From the sequence record DRR378314_1709: a stretch of 63,461 bases of DNA; one strand, 5' to 3'. Made by a program: the position numbers and the translations under genes. Under the pieces are notes generated by a model. The model searched no databases and had not been told where the DNA came from. It was given only the letters and a program-made list of their open reading frames with translations. This document shows, one piece after another, positions 9,623-20,621 of this stretch. Position 1 is the stretch's first letter. Each line of letters starts with the position of its first letter.

Positions 9623-11428
9623 TTAAGCGTTAGGGTGCGGAATTTGTAACCATTGCAGAAAACGAGCTTTCTGTTCAGCCGTAGGCTCGTCTAATGGTTC
9701 AATTTTCGCATCGGTTGCAGGGGTTGGTTGCACCGTTAAGGTTTTCTTGTGCAACTGGTCGCGACGGAAGAATGTCACTTCAATTGAATCACCCGCTTTA
9801 TATTCAGCAAAAGCTTCTTTAAAGCGACCATCAACTACGGTGTGTCCGTCGTAAGCAACAATTACATCGCCCGGCGTAAAGCCCGCTTCCCAGGCGGGGC
9901 TGCCTTTACTAACCCGGGTCAATTCCATTCCTCCGCTGGCTTCACTGGCACTCCAGCCAGCCCAAACTTTCTCAGCTTCGGGTTCACCCTCGTCTTCATC
10001 CTTGTCCTGATCGTAAACCAGTTCTAAACCCACCTGATCCAGCATACTCTCAAACGGAATATCTGCAGCCGGACTTTCAACATTTTCTTGCCACCAGTCC
10101 TGCCAGGACTCACCCGTTAAATCTTTCAAAATAGTTAGCACGTCGGCTGAGGTGAAGCCCTGCTCTTCGGCATCGAAGCGCTGATACAACTTATTATGCA
10201 CGTCGCGATAGCTAACTTCCCCATCAGTTGTTTTCAACAATTCGCTGTCCAGCAGCCAGGAAACCAGAGCACCTTCCGAATAAATATTCACAGAATCGTT
10301 GTGCGCACGGTCTCCATATTGATCAATCCACGCCTCAAAAGAGGCCTCAGCCACTGACATAACCTCCCGGCCTGGTTTTGATCGATAACGGTCAATACTA
10401 GTTGCTACTCGTTCAAAATACTCAGACGGTTCCATAATGCCCGCCTGTAATAACAAATGGTTCTGGAAGTAGCTGGTTGAACCTTCCGCAATCCAGAATA
10501 AATCAGTGTAGTTTTCCTCTTGATAATCGTATGGAACCAGCCCGTCCGGACGATAAGCTTTCACGTTCCATGTATGCACAAACTCGTGTGACGCTGTGGA
10601 CATAAACGACAGGTAATCATCGCGACTGGCAAAGCTGTATCTGGGGCGCTGGATAATCGTCGAGTTTTTGTGCTCAGTCGCACCACCCGCGCCGGTTGTC
10701 GCGTGGATCATGAAAACATAACGCTCAAATGGGTAACTGCTCCAAATCGAATCACCGGTAGCCACCAGCTTTTGTAAGTCTTCGACCGTTTTTTCAGCGT
10801 CGTAGTTACCCTCCCCCCAGAATACGACTTCATAATCGCGATTATCCTGAGTGAATTCATAGTGTTTGTTAATGCCCGTTTCTATGGGCGAGTCAACTAA
10901 GACATCCCAGTTTGCGGCCGAGAACTGGTGCTCGCCTTCTCTCTCCATACCGGAGTAACTCTTCCACTCGCCCGGAACATCCAGAGAAACGGACACCGGC
11001 TCATCACGCCAGGCGTCTGCATACATAAATACAGCAGAGGCATCTAAGTAGGCATGAGTATCATCGATATGACGACTGCGACGCCCAAGTTGATTGGCGT
11101 AAATTTCGTAGTCAACGGTTACTTCACCGCTGTCTTCAGGTAAGTATACGCGCCAGGTGCTTTTATCGACCTTTTCCCAGCGAAGTTCTTCCCCGTTGCT
11201 CTGAGCATCAAAGTCACGAATGCCATTAGCGAGATTCAAAATGCGATAATAACCTGTTCTCCAGGCTGGCATTTTTACATCCAGAAACTTAGCGTCACTG
11301 GCCGGGAAGGTTATAGACACTTCGCCTTTGTGGTGCTCAGGTTGCGTTAAATCAATTTTATAATCGGTATTTGCCAATACAATGGAAGGTGCCAACATAA
11401 CACCAACAGCTAATAAGCTCTTGCGCAC
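9623..11428 (-). CDS. Secreted M61 glycyl aminopeptidase with C-terminal PDZ domain
   Basis: Signal peptide, MPAW..G.Y, GGATEH.NST, HEFVHTWNVK zinc motif, W..EG.TSY, and PDZ signature GSPAWEAG..PGD.IVA.DG. Confidence 0.9.
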   Translation of the reverse strand: MRKSLLAVGVMLAPSIVLANTDYKIDLTQPEHHKGEVSITFPASDAKFLDVKMPAWRTGYYRILNLANGIRDFDAQSNGEELRWEKVDKSTWRVYLPEDSGEVTVDYEIYANQLGRRSRHIDDTHAYLDASAVFMYADAWRDEPVSVSLDVPGEWKSYSGMEREGEHQFSAANWDVLVDSPIETGINKHYEFTQDNRDYEVVFWGEGNYDAEKTVEDLQKLVATGDSIWSSYPFERYVFMIHATTGAGGATEHKNSTIIQRPRYSFASRDDYLSFMSTASHEFVHTWNVKAYRPDGLVPYDYQEENYTDLFWIAEGSTSYFQNHLLLQAGIMEPSEYFERVATSIDRYRSKPGREVMSVAEASFEAWIDQYGDRAHNDSVNIYSEGALVSWLLDSELLKTTDGEVSYRDVHNKLYQRFDAEEQGFTSADVLTILKDLTGESWQDWWQENVESPAADIPFESMLDQVGLELVYDQDKDEDEGEPEAEKVWAGWSASEASGGMELTRVSKGSPAWEAGFTPGDVIVAYDGHTVVDGRFKEAFAEYKAGDSIEVTFFRRDQLHKKTLTVQPTPATDAKIEPLDEPTAEQKARFLQWLQIPHPNA

Positions 11429-11579
11429 AGTTTATCTCCGTTAGTTTCGCTTTATTTGTTAGTTAACTTGTTCAAAGACTACCACAATTCACCAATAGAA
11501 AATAAATTCAGATAGGTTAGACTTTATGGGATTATTTTTCGTATTATGCGTATTGACTTCAACATTTGGTAGGTGAGCA

Positions 11580-13103
11580 TTGGCAATACCGGAAACACCG
11601 CAAGAGCAGGTTCAGCACCTTAGCAAGAAGCTGCGACAAAGCATCCAGTCGCGTAAGCAGATAGAAGACGATTATCTGCGCGATTCACAACGTTACTCTA
11701 ACTTTGTGAACGACCTTTGTCTGGCATTAAATGGTGTTGATAGTGAGTTAGACGGTTTACTGCATAAATTACGCGGTCACCTGCAGCAAAATGCGTCCGC
11801 TGCGGTTCTAGAGCCCATGATGCAACAAGTGGGTGAGGTAATTTCTCAGCATACCATTCGTATGCAAACGCTGCTGAAAGAAACCAACGAAAGTATCCAA
11901 CTGGCATTACAGTCTATTAAGCCACGTGATAGCAGTGGCAGAAGCCAGCTGCAAAAAATAGCAAATGAATTCGAGCAACCAACAATGACGGTTTCTCATT
12001 ATTTGCCATTAGTAAACCAATTACTGGCACTTTCCTACCAGCAGCAAGGTACTCAGACAGAAACCCAAGTAGCTCAATATCAAAGTCAATTGCTTGATTT
12101 ACTCAGCGAAGTCGAGTTTCTGGGAAATGCTGCTGACACCTTGCAGCAAGTAAAAGTAGCTTTACAAAAGCCGCAAACTAACGAAACCTTGTTAGCTATA
12201 ACCTTGAAGGTTATGCGGCTGGTGTTTAACAACATCAACGATGAACGCCGCTCAGCACAACTATTTCTGCAACAATTAAATGCTTCTTTAGAGTCTGTTC
12301 AGAGTGTATTAGGTAAAACCATAAGTCATTCTGCGGACTTTGCCGACCAGCGACTGCACCTGAACCAACAACTAAAAAGTGGCGTCTCCGAGATAAAAGC
12401 TTGTGTCACTGACGCGTATGAACTGAACGATTTAAAAGAATCGGTAGGTTTGCAGCTACACCGTTTAGGTGAAACTTTAAATCAGCACCTAAAGTTGCAT
12501 GACGAAGAACGTCAAAGTTTCCATAGCAACACACAGGCCATGGAGCAGAAACTCCGTGAAACCGAAGAGCAGGTTTTACATTACAAGCAGGAGCTGGCTA
12601 AACAAAAGTTCCGCAGCTTACAGGACAACCTGACCAAGCTGCCTAACCGCTCTGCTTTTGATGAGCGCTTAAACCTGGAATTCCAGCGTTGGGTCAACGA
12701 TGAAACCCCGCTGAGTATAGCCATTATCGATGTTGATCATTTTAAGAATATTAATGATAGCTTCGGCCACATTGCCGGCGACAAGACCTTACAAGTTATC
12801 GCAGGTACTCTTAGCAAATCGTTACGAGAATCAGCTTTTGTTTGTCGCTATGGTGGCGAAGAGTTTGCTATCATATTCTGTTCTGATGGACAAAGTGCCT
12901 ATCAACATATCGAGAATACGCGGGAGAAAGTGGCTAATATCCCGTTTAAATTTAAAACCGACGATATACGCATTACTATTTCCGCGGGAATAGCCGAATT
13001 TAAATACAATGAAGATACACCGCTGGCGGTTTTTGAAAGAGCCGATAAGGCGCTCTATGAAGCAAAAAATAGCGGGCGCAACAAAGTCATCACAGCAAAA
13101 TAG
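11580..13103 (+). CDS. Diguanylate cyclase (helical N-terminus plus GGDEF domain)
   Basis: D.LT.LPNR, IDVDHFK.IND.FGH.AGD, RYGGEEF and RADKALY.AK..GRN motifs. Confidence 0.93.
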   Translation: MAIPETPQEQVQHLSKKLRQSIQSRKQIEDDYLRDSQRYSNFVNDLCLALNGVDSELDGLLHKLRGHLQQNASAAVLEPMMQQVGEVISQHTIRMQTLLKETNESIQLALQSIKPRDSSGRSQLQKIANEFEQPTMTVSHYLPLVNQLLALSYQQQGTQTETQVAQYQSQLLDLLSEVEFLGNAADTLQQVKVALQKPQTNETLLAITLKVMRLVFNNINDERRSAQLFLQQLNASLESVQSVLGKTISHSADFADQRLHLNQQLKSGVSEIKACVTDAYELNDLKESVGLQLHRLGETLNQHLKLHDEERQSFHSNTQAMEQKLRETEEQVLHYKQELAKQKFRSLQDNLTKLPNRSAFDERLNLEFQRWVNDETPLSIAIIDVDHFKNINDSFGHIAGDKTLQVIAGTLSKSLRESAFVCRYGGEEFAIIFCSDGQSAYQHIENTREKVANIPFKFKTDDIRITISAGIAEFKYNEDTPLAVFERADKALYEAKNSGRNKVITAK

Positions 13104-13177
13104 AAACCAACGCTGAGGATCACCGCCGGCACAAGGATGACGCCGAGTCATCGTTATTACAGGAGTATGGAAAAATA

Positions 13178-14533
13178 ATGAGAGCAAGCATTTCTCCAAG
13201 AGGCACTATGTCTCTTTTGTCACAACTGGAAATAGAACGTTTAAAGCAATCCTCAAACAGCCAACTTTATAAATTATTTCGCAACTGCTGTCTCGCGGTC
13301 CTAAATGCCGGAAGTAATACCGACAGCAGCGCTGAAATTTACGATAAGTATAAAGATTTCGCCGTTAATATTATCCGCAAAGAGCGCGGTATTAAAATTG
13401 AGTTGATTGAACCGCCGGCGGAAGCTTTTGTTGATGGCGAACTCATTGTCGGTATTCGTGAGTTACTGGAATCTGTATTGCGCGATATTCTCTTTACCGG
13501 AGAGCGCTACTCAGAAGAAGAACTGAAAGACGCCGACAGCGCTACCCTAACCCACGTGGTGTTCGATATTTTACGCAACGCCCGCACTATTCAGGCCATG
13601 CAAGAGCCCGATATGGTGGTTTGCTGGGGTGGTCACTCGATTAATGAAGCTGAGTACAAATACACTAAAGAAGTGGGTTATCAGTTAGGTTTGCGTGGCT
13701 TAAATATCTGTACCGGATGTGGTCCGGGTGCCATGAAAGGCCCTATGAAAGGGGCCACTATTGGTCACGCTAAACAGCGTATTAGTGGTGGTCGTTACCT
13801 GGGCCTTACTGAGCCTGGCATTATCGCTGCCGAGCCACCTAATCCTATTGTTAACGAACTGGTTATTTTGCCCGATATTGAAAAACGCCTGGAAGCTTTT
13901 GTTCGCTGTGCGCACGGCATCGTTATCTTCCCGGGTGGCGCGGGTACGGCTGAAGAACTGCTGTATCTTCTTGGCATACTGATGCACCCGAAAAACCAAC
14001 AACAAAGCTTACCAGTTATATTGACGGGCCCTGAAGCGTCTAAAGATTACTTTGATGCGCTGGATACCTTCATTGTCGAAACTCTGGGTGAAGAGGCTCG
14101 CGGCTTTTACCGTATTATTATTGCTGACCCATCAGGTGTTGCGCAGCACATGCACGCAGGCATGGCAGCCGTAAAACAATACCGCCGTGATTCTGGTGAC
14201 GCTTACTACTTTAACTGGACCTTGTTTATTGATGAAAACTTCCAACGCCCGTTCTACCCGACTCACGAAAATGTGGCGTCACTGAACCTGCACCCGGAAC
14301 AGCCTAAAGAAGAGTTAGCAGCGGACTTACGCCGCGCATTCTCAGCTATTGTTGCCGGCAATGTCAAAGATGGTGGCATTCGCCAAATTAGAGAAAAAGG
14401 CGTATTTACCATTCACGGTGAAAAAGAGTTAATGAAACGACTGGACGTATTGTTAAGAGCATTCGTCGAACAAGGGCGTATGAAATTACCAGGTTCGGTG
14501 TATCATCCTTGTTATAAGGTTGTTACTGACTGA
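13178..14533 (+). CDS. ppnN: Nucleotide 5'-monophosphate nucleosidase PpnN (LOG family)
   Basis: [37 protein letters not shown] and PGGAGTAEE motifs. Near queF/syd as in E. coli. Confidence 0.95.
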   Translation: MRASISPRGTMSLLSQLEIERLKQSSNSQLYKLFRNCCLAVLNAGSNTDSSAEIYDKYKDFAVNIIRKERGIKIELIEPPAEAFVDGELIVGIRELLESVLRDILFTGERYSEEELKDADSATLTHVVFDILRNARTIQAMQEPDMVVCWGGHSINEAEYKYTKEVGYQLGLRGLNICTGCGPGAMKGPMKGATIGHAKQRISGGRYLGLTEPGIIAAEPPNPIVNELVILPDIEKRLEAFVRCAHGIVIFPGGAGTAEELLYLLGILMHPKNQQQSLPVILTGPEASKDYFDALDTFIVETLGEEARGFYRIIIADPSGVAQHMHAGMAAVKQYRRDSGDAYYFNWTLFIDENFQRPFYPTHENVASLNLHPEQPKEELAADLRRAFSAIVAGNVKDGGIRQIREKGVFTIHGEKELMKRLDVLLRAFVEQGRMKLPGSVYHPCYKVVTD

Positions 14534-14540
14534 AGGATTT

Positions 14541-14927
14541 ATGAAAAATAAAGTCTTTGTCATACTCGCCATTGGCGCTGTTTCTTATCTAGCTATAGTA
14601 GGAGCAGTGCTGATGCTTTATCAGGCTGATCCTGCTGATTTACAGTGGCAGGAACGAGAGACCTACAACGCCAGACAAATTGGTCAATTTGATCTGGGTA
14701 TGTCAAAAGACAGTGTTATTCGAGTTTTAGGCTCACCAGACATAACTGAAGCGAAAGCGTCATCTGAAGGTGACATGCAAGTTCTGTTTTATCGAACTCA
14801 TCACGTGACTTCTGACGGAATCACGACTAAAGATGAATGTACCCCTTTGGTTTTTCGCGATAATAAGCTTATCGCCTGGGGTAACGACTCTTATCGTGAC
14901 TATCAGAATTATCAGAGGCGAGAATGA
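14541..14927 (+). CDS. DUF3192 family protein
   Basis: N-terminal TM helix and LG.PD.TEA...VLFYRT....DG.TTKDECTPLVF motif. Start at ATG 14541 after AAGGA. Confidence 0.8.
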   Translation: MKNKVFVILAIGAVSYLAIVGAVLMLYQADPADLQWQERETYNARQIGQFDLGMSKDSVIRVLGSPDITEAKASSEGDMQVLFYRTHHVTSDGITTKDECTPLVFRDNKLIAWGNDSYRDYQNYQRRE

Positions 14928-16447
14928 GAGAACTGACCGAGTGTTGTGAAAAAGCGGCAAGTTTACTAAAACAACACGACGTTCGTCAGCTTTATCGTCT
15001 GGTTCAGTTTATTGATGAAGAGTATCAACAAAACCGCTGGCCTGAACTGCTTCCCCTTTACGCTCAGCAACATGCTCAGGACAATAATCAGCTAATAAGT
15101 GAGTTACTCGCGGTTTGTGTAAACGCGCTGCATTGCGGTTACCAATGGTCTTTGCACTCACATTATCGCCGAATTCTGGCCGCCGCTTGCGTCAGTGAGA
15201 AACTCAACCCAGACCCGAACTACTGGAAGCAACTTCATTTAAGACAGCCGCTGTGGCTGTCTGCTTTAGAGTCTTTAACACTAAAATCCGCTGATATTGT
15301 CTTTTTTCGCTACTGGGTTAACGCCTTAACTCAGGTTCAGCTCCAACGTAGTAAGCCCACACAGGCATTTTTTCCCTTATTGAATGGCGAATTCCGCTAC
15401 CGCTTCTGGGCGCTGTTAAATCAGCAGAATGCGCTTCCGGTAAGACTCACTGGTCAAAAGTTTTCACATCACAAAAACCAGCAGACCGCGGTACTTTTAG
15501 GTTATGAAGGAAAGCACCAAGTTCTGGCTCTATTACATAAGCTGGACAGCCCGTTTTATGTCAGCCCGGACGAAACACAAAATTGGCAAGTTAACGACAA
15601 ACCTCTGACACAGGAACAAATGAGCGCACTGGCTCAGCATCGGTTGCTAAAACAAGAGCAAACAAGCACAACACAACAAACGCCCAGACAACTGTTACGG
15701 GCAATAAACCGTTACGCCAATGCCAGTGGCGCCTTAAACGCAGTAATTCAGCAAATTAACCAACTGCCTTTTTTAGCCAGCAGCCTTCATGCCGCCGTGC
15801 ATCAGAGCGAACGCATTGGCTACAGCGAAGCCAGCCGTATGGACTTGAAACAGTCTTATTTATGGCTAGGCTCTAAACGAGCTTCAGTTATTCTTGCGAC
15901 CGCTTTTTTACAACACCAATTTTCATTAAATACAATTCCTCTGCATAACGCATTGATGCAAAAGCTCGGCTTACTGACCACAACGCTACAGCACTTATCG
16001 GCGGAAACCGGCGTTAGCCTGCCAACCCCGGCTCCGCTACTTGCCCTACTCTCAGGCTCTGATCTTTTTCGTCACCCAGAGCTGCTTAAATCAGCGAAGT
16101 GGCCCCGTCCGCGAGAAATAGAACACTGCTATAGCACAAGTTGGGTTGGCTCTGCACTGGATATCAGTGACTTTCGCCGCAGTCGACAATTAGTTAAGCG
16201 CTGGCAATTGCCTCCGGCTACCGAAAATTTATTAAACCCTGATAAAGCCGAGACCAGCAAATTAAGTGCACTATTTTTCTTAGCCCACTATTTAACGCTA
16301 AGCACTTATTATCCAGAGGTGTCGTTAAGCAGTTCAGTAAAATCGATGCTAAAGTCTTATTGTCAGCAACTGCAAATAAACAGTGAGCAACTGACCCGAA
16401 TTAAAGCTAAATCGGCTTTTGAAAGTCACTGTTACTCACCGTTATAA
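14924..16447 (+). CDS. Hypothetical protein, possibly with degenerate HD/HDOD-like domains
   Basis: 507-aa ORF coupled to the upstream gene by an ATGA overlap. The C-terminal half weakly resembles HDOD. Confidence 0.6.
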   Translation: MRELTECCEKAASLLKQHDVRQLYRLVQFIDEEYQQNRWPELLPLYAQQHAQDNNQLISELLAVCVNALHCGYQWSLHSHYRRILAAACVSEKLNPDPNYWKQLHLRQPLWLSALESLTLKSADIVFFRYWVNALTQVQLQRSKPTQAFFPLLNGEFRYRFWALLNQQNALPVRLTGQKFSHHKNQQTAVLLGYEGKHQVLALLHKLDSPFYVSPDETQNWQVNDKPLTQEQMSALAQHRLLKQEQTSTTQQTPRQLLRAINRYANASGALNAVIQQINQLPFLASSLHAAVHQSERIGYSEASRMDLKQSYLWLGSKRASVILATAFLQHQFSLNTIPLHNALMQKLGLLTTTLQHLSAETGVSLPTPAPLLALLSGSDLFRHPELLKSAKWPRPREIEHCYSTSWVGSALDISDFRRSRQLVKRWQLPPATENLLNPDKAETSKLSALFFLAHYLTLSTYYPEVSLSSSVKSMLKSYCQQLQINSEQLTRIKAKSAFESHCYSPL

Positions 16448-16552
16448 CCTACATTCACTGGCTGAATAATGCTTTGCTAGTCAGTATTAGCGCGGCAATG
16501 GTAGAATTACCGTTCCTGTTTTTGTTGTAACACGGTTTAAAGGAATCAATTC

Positions 16553-17557
16553 ATGAGTAGAACTATCACAGTTATTCCAGGTGACGGCATCGGCCCGGAT
16601 ATTGTCGAGTCTGCAACAGCCATTCTTGATAAAGCAGGTTGTGACTTTGAATATGAATACGTCGACGCTGGTCTGACTGCTTTGGAAAAAACCGGAGAGT
16701 TATTACCTCAAAATACTCTTGATGCGATTGAACGTAACGGTGTTACATTAAAAGGTCCACTGACTACTCCGGTTGGCGAAGGCTTCACCTCTATTAATGT
16801 CAGCCTGCGTAAACATTTTTCGCTATATGCTAACGTACGCCCTGTTTTGTCTTTTACCGGCACCCAAGCGCGCTACGAAAACATTGATATTATTACCATT
16901 CGTGAAAATACCGAAGGTATGTATTCCGGCTTAGGCCAAAAAGTGTCTGAAGACGGTAATGAAGCAGAAGCAGTCAGCAAAATTACCCGTGAAGGCGCTG
17001 AGCGGATTGTCCGTTTCGCCTATGAAACCGCACGCCGCGAAGGCCGTAAGAAAGTCACCGCAGTGCATAAAGCCAATATTCTGAAGTCCACTTCTGGTCT
17101 ATTCTTAAAAGTAGCGCGTGAAATTGCGGAAGAGTATCCAGACATTGAGTCGACAGAAATGATTGTTGATGCGGCCTGCATGCGCTTAGTTATGAACCCT
17201 GAAGAGTTTGACGTTATTGTTACCACCAACCTGTTTGGCGATATTCTGTCAGACCTGTGCGCAGGTTTGGTCGGCGGCTTAGGTATGGCACCCGGCGCTA
17301 ACATTGGTAAAGACTGCGCCATTTTCGAAGCTGTACACGGCTCAGCCCCGGATATTGCCGGTAAAAACCTGGCAAACCCAACCTCAGTTATCTTAGCGTC
17401 AATTCAGATGCTGGAATACTTGGGCATGCAAGAGCAAGCCGAAAAAATCACCAAAGCACTAGAAGACGTGATTTCCAGTGGTGACCGTACCACTCGTGAT
17501 TTAGGCGGTTCGCACGGTACCACTGATTTTACTCAGGCAGTTATTGAGCGTCTTTAA
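16553..17557 (+). CDS. icd: Isocitrate dehydrogenase (short isocitrate/isopropylmalate dehydrogenase family, probably NAD-dependent)
   Basis: IPGDGIGP, LKGPLTTPVGEGFTSINVSLRK, NLFGDILSDL and FEAVHGSAPDIAGKN motifs. Confidence 0.88.
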   Translation: MSRTITVIPGDGIGPDIVESATAILDKAGCDFEYEYVDAGLTALEKTGELLPQNTLDAIERNGVTLKGPLTTPVGEGFTSINVSLRKHFSLYANVRPVLSFTGTQARYENIDIITIRENTEGMYSGLGQKVSEDGNEAEAVSKITREGAERIVRFAYETARREGRKKVTAVHKANILKSTSGLFLKVAREIAEEYPDIESTEMIVDAACMRLVMNPEEFDVIVTTNLFGDILSDLCAGLVGGLGMAPGANIGKDCAIFEAVHGSAPDIAGKNLANPTSVILASIQMLEYLGMQEQAEKITKALEDVISSGDRTTRDLGGSHGTTDFTQAVIERL

Positions 17558-17564
17558 GGCGAAA

Positions 17565-17595
17565 GGCATAGCCATGAATGAACTCAGGCTATGCC
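17565..17595. terminator. Hairpin between convergent icd and rlmM
   Basis: GGCATAGCC...GGCTATGCC 9-bp inverted repeat with short A/T flanks. Confidence 0.55.
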
Positions 17596-17602
17596 ATTAA
17601 AG

Positions 17603-18712
17603 CTAGCTGCGGGGCAGCCAGCGCAAGTGTACGGTAATTTCTTCACGGTCGTGGTAAAGGTGCTTGGCCTGAATTTCAAACGGCTTAGTCCCCTCGGTTT
17701 GTAGTTGTTCTTTAATCTGATCCAGGTAGCCTTTAACTGCGGCATAGCGCTGACGCATTGGTAACTTAAGGTTAAAGATGGCTTCTTCACAGTCACCTTC
17801 GAGTAACCAACTGGTCATCAGCTCGCCGACACGTGCGGGTTTTTCAACCATATCGCACACCAGCCAGGTAACATTTTTGCGTTTCGGACGAAATTTAAAG
17901 CCGTCTTCCTGAATGTGCTTAACCTGCCCGGTTTCCATTAAGGACTCAGCCATCGGGCCGTTATCAACCGCTTGCACCATCATACCGCGGCGAACCAGCT
18001 GATAAGTCCAGCCTCCCGGCGCTGCACCAAGATCTACCGCCTTCATGCCCGAGTGAACACGTTTTTCATGTTCGTTTTCAGGTACAAATACCTGAAAGGC
18101 TTCATCCAGTTTTAACGTTGAACGGCTTGGTGCCTCTTTTGACATACGCAAACGCACAATACCACCGTTGTGTAAGGTTTGGTTATAGCTGTATGAATAG
18201 CCCACCAAGGCATGCGCCGGGTTGACGAATAACACATGCAGCATCGGTCGTTTAGCTAGCGGCTTATTACTTAAAAGCTCTTCTTTACGCAACGCCTGAC
18301 GCAGCGGCACGCTGAATTTTCGGCAGAATTTGGATAGCTGGTTAGCTTCATTAGTATCTGGAGTTCCCACCCGTAACTCACCGGCTAAACCGAACGTTTC
18401 CTGATGAGGTTTTAATACCTTAATGACTTCGCTGGCACGGTCTTCAATACCGGCCACTTTAACAGGCCCCAGCAAGGCAAACATTTCGCGCGCAAAGACC
18501 AGGTCTTTCAGCGTCAGTTTACGGGCAATATGCTCTGCTTCTTCGTGCTGGCAATGATAGGTAACGTAAGCTTGCTCGGGTTGTGTCTGGCAATAACCAT
18601 AAACACCCAGTTCCGCGGTTTTATCCTGAATTTCAGCCGCGCAATCACCTTCGAACCCTGCACGACACAGCAATACAATGCCACTACCTCTGCCGTTAAC
18701 AATTTCACTCAT
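17603..18712 (-). CDS. rlmM: 23S rRNA (cytidine2498-2'-O)-methyltransferase
   Basis: CRAGFE, APSRSTLKLDEA, AVDLGAAPGGWTYQL, WLVCDMVEKP and HLYHDREE motifs. gcvA-ygdD-rlmM synteny. Confidence 0.96.
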   Translation of the reverse strand: MSEIVNGRGSGIVLLCRAGFEGDCAAEIQDKTAELGVYGYCQTQPEQAYVTYHCQHEEAEHIARKLTLKDLVFAREMFALLGPVKVAGIEDRASEVIKVLKPHQETFGLAGELRVGTPDTNEANQLSKFCRKFSVPLRQALRKEELLSNKPLAKRPMLHVLFVNPAHALVGYSYSYNQTLHNGGIVRLRMSKEAPSRSTLKLDEAFQVFVPENEHEKRVHSGMKAVDLGAAPGGWTYQLVRRGMMVQAVDNGPMAESLMETGQVKHIQEDGFKFRPKRKNVTWLVCDMVEKPARVGELMTSWLLEGDCEEAIFNLKLPMRQRYAAVKGYLDQIKEQLQTEGTKPFEIQAKHLYHDREEITVHLRWLPRS

Positions 18713-19092
18713 TAACTACCTGCTCCTAACTTTATTGCGCCAACTAATAAACTGACCCAGCCAGCAATAAATAATACCCCGCCAATGGGCGTTATAGGTC
18801 CAAACCATTTAACACCGGTAAGCGCTAAGGCATACAAACTGCCGGAAAATAAAACCACGCCCGCCAGCCACAAATAACCACTGACAACAAACCAGACTGA
18901 CTGTGACTGCTTTAACCAAAGCGCTAAAACAAACAGTGCCAACGCGTGATAAAATTGATAAGTGACTCCGGTCTCAAAAGCGCTCAGCAAACTCTCGCTT
19001 AATTTCGATTTTAAACCGTGCGAAGCAAAAGCGCCCAACATAACGCCGGTACCGCCTAAAATGGCGGCCACAATTAAAAATATCTGACTCAT
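18712..19092 (-). CDS. ygdD: DUF423 family membrane protein YgdD
   Basis: LGAFASHGL, TGV.YQFYHALAL, FSGSLY and GPITPIGG motifs. Confidence 0.9.
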   Translation of the reverse strand: MSQIFLIVAAILGGTGVMLGAFASHGLKSKLSESLLSAFETGVTYQFYHALALFVLALWLKQSQSVWFVVSGYLWLAGVVLFSGSLYALALTGVKWFGPITPIGGVLFIAGWVSLLVGAIKLGAGS

Positions 19093-19712
19093 TGAATAAA
19101 CTCCTTAATGGCATCTGCGGCCTGTTGCCAAAGCTTAGGCGTATTCTCCGCTTTGGCTTTTGTGGCGGCAAAACCGTGATCGGCACCCTCTAGCCACTGC
19201 AACTGCCAGTTATGCGGCAACTCCACGCTTTGCCCCTGCTCCGCTCTTTTTAAAAGCGGTTTACTGAACGGGTCCCGTGTTCCCTGCAAAATAAGACCGG
19301 GCGCCTGCGTCATTTCTAATTCTTCAAGGCGTGACTTCTCAGGTTTTTGCGGCGGATGGAACGGAAACCCCAAAGCAATTACTGCTTTCGCGCCGTATTT
19401 ATCGGCTAAACGCAACATCACCCGGCTTCCTAATGACTTACCCATCAAAACTAACGGCTTATTATCTTGCTGTAATTCGCTCAATAGTTCATCGATCGCA
19501 TCGAGCAATGCCTGCATTTTATTCGGCGGCCGGGGTTTCCCGGTTTCTCGAACCTTTTCCCAATAAGGAAAGTCCGGACGCACAAGCTCTGCGCCAAGCG
19601 CTATGCCCTGCTCCGCAAAGAAATCCATAAAAGCTGTGTCGGGACCGCCTCCTGAACCGTGCAAAAACACGATGCGGAAGGCTCCTTCCGGGTTCTGTTG
19701 TTGATAACGCAT
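19089..19712 (-). CDS. Alpha/beta hydrolase family protein
   Basis: HGSGG oxyanion motif, GKSLG nucleophile elbow, QGTRD and GADH catalytic triad. Confidence 0.88.
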   Translation of the reverse strand: MRYQQQNPEGAFRIVFLHGSGGGPDTAFMDFFAEQGIALGAELVRPDFPYWEKVRETGKPRPPNKMQALLDAIDELLSELQQDNKPLVLMGKSLGSRVMLRLADKYGAKAVIALGFPFHPPQKPEKSRLEELEMTQAPGLILQGTRDPFSKPLLKRAEQGQSVELPHNWQLQWLEGADHGFAATKAKAENTPKLWQQAADAIKEFIQ

Positions 19713-20611
19713 TATTGGTTAAACTCTTGCTCTTCTTTTTGAACCAAGTTTAGCAACCACTGACGGAAGGTCGCGATTTTACCTATCTCCGCCTGATTGT
19801 CACGACAAACCAGATAAAACGCTTTATTCCGCTGCAAAGCCTGAGGGAAAATACGAACCAGGTGGCCACTGTCAATTTCAGACTTCACCAGCACATTATT
19901 GGCTAATGCAATGCCCTGCCCGTGGACCGCCGCCTGTAAAGCCAGGCTCGAATGACTGAATACCGGTCCGTTATCGCCTTTATACTGAGGTAATCCCACC
20001 AACTGAAACCAGTCCTTCCAGGCATTACGGGTTTCGTCGTGCAGCAAAGTTTGCTTGAATAAATCTATCGGCTCTTTGATATTCGCTTTGTTCAGTAACA
20101 ACGGCGAACAAACCGGCCATAAGTATTCTTCATGCAATTGGTATGCTTTTACCCCGGGCCAACGCCCGTCGCCATAATAAATAGCAACGTCCACGTCGTC
20201 GGTTAACGAACCACTAATTTCATCCACGGCTTTAATGCGAATGTCCATATCCGGGTGTTCTTCGCGAAAACTACTGAGCCGCGGAACAAACCATAAAATA
20301 GCGAAACTGGGCGGAACCGACACGGTCAAAGCCCCACGTTCAGACACCAACCGAAGTTTATCGGTAGCCTGCGCCAGTTGCTCAAAAATATCGCGTAACT
20401 CTAAGTAGTATTCCTGCCCTTCTTCGGTCAGCAACAGCGAGCGGTTACGTCGAATAAAAAGCTTAAGCTCAAGAAAGTCTTCTAACGCTTTTACCTGGTG
20501 ACTGACGGCCGCCTGGGTCACAAATAACTCTTCGGCTGCTTTGGTAAAACTGAGGTGACGCGCTGCCACTTCAAATGATTTAAGCGCGTTTAAGGGAGGT
20601 AATTTCCGCAT
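19712..20611 (-). CDS. gcvA: LysR-type transcriptional regulator GcvA
   Basis: RKLPPLNALKSFEVAARHLSFTKAAEELFVTQAAVSHQ, RRNRSLLLTEEGQ.Y and DDVDVAIYYG motifs. Upstream of ygdD-rlmM. Confidence 0.93.
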   Translation of the reverse strand: MRKLPPLNALKSFEVAARHLSFTKAAEELFVTQAAVSHQVKALEDFLELKLFIRRNRSLLLTEEGQEYYLELRDIFEQLAQATDKLRLVSERGALTVSVPPSFAILWFVPRLSSFREEHPDMDIRIKAVDEISGSLTDDVDVAIYYGDGRWPGVKAYQLHEEYLWPVCSPLLLNKANIKEPIDLFKQTLLHDETRNAWKDWFQLVGLPQYKGDNGPVFSHSSLALQAAVHGQGIALANNVLVKSEIDSGHLVRIFPQALQRNKAFYLVCRDNQAEIGKIATFRQWLLNLVQKEEQEFNQ

Positions 20612-20621
20612 GCCATTAACT

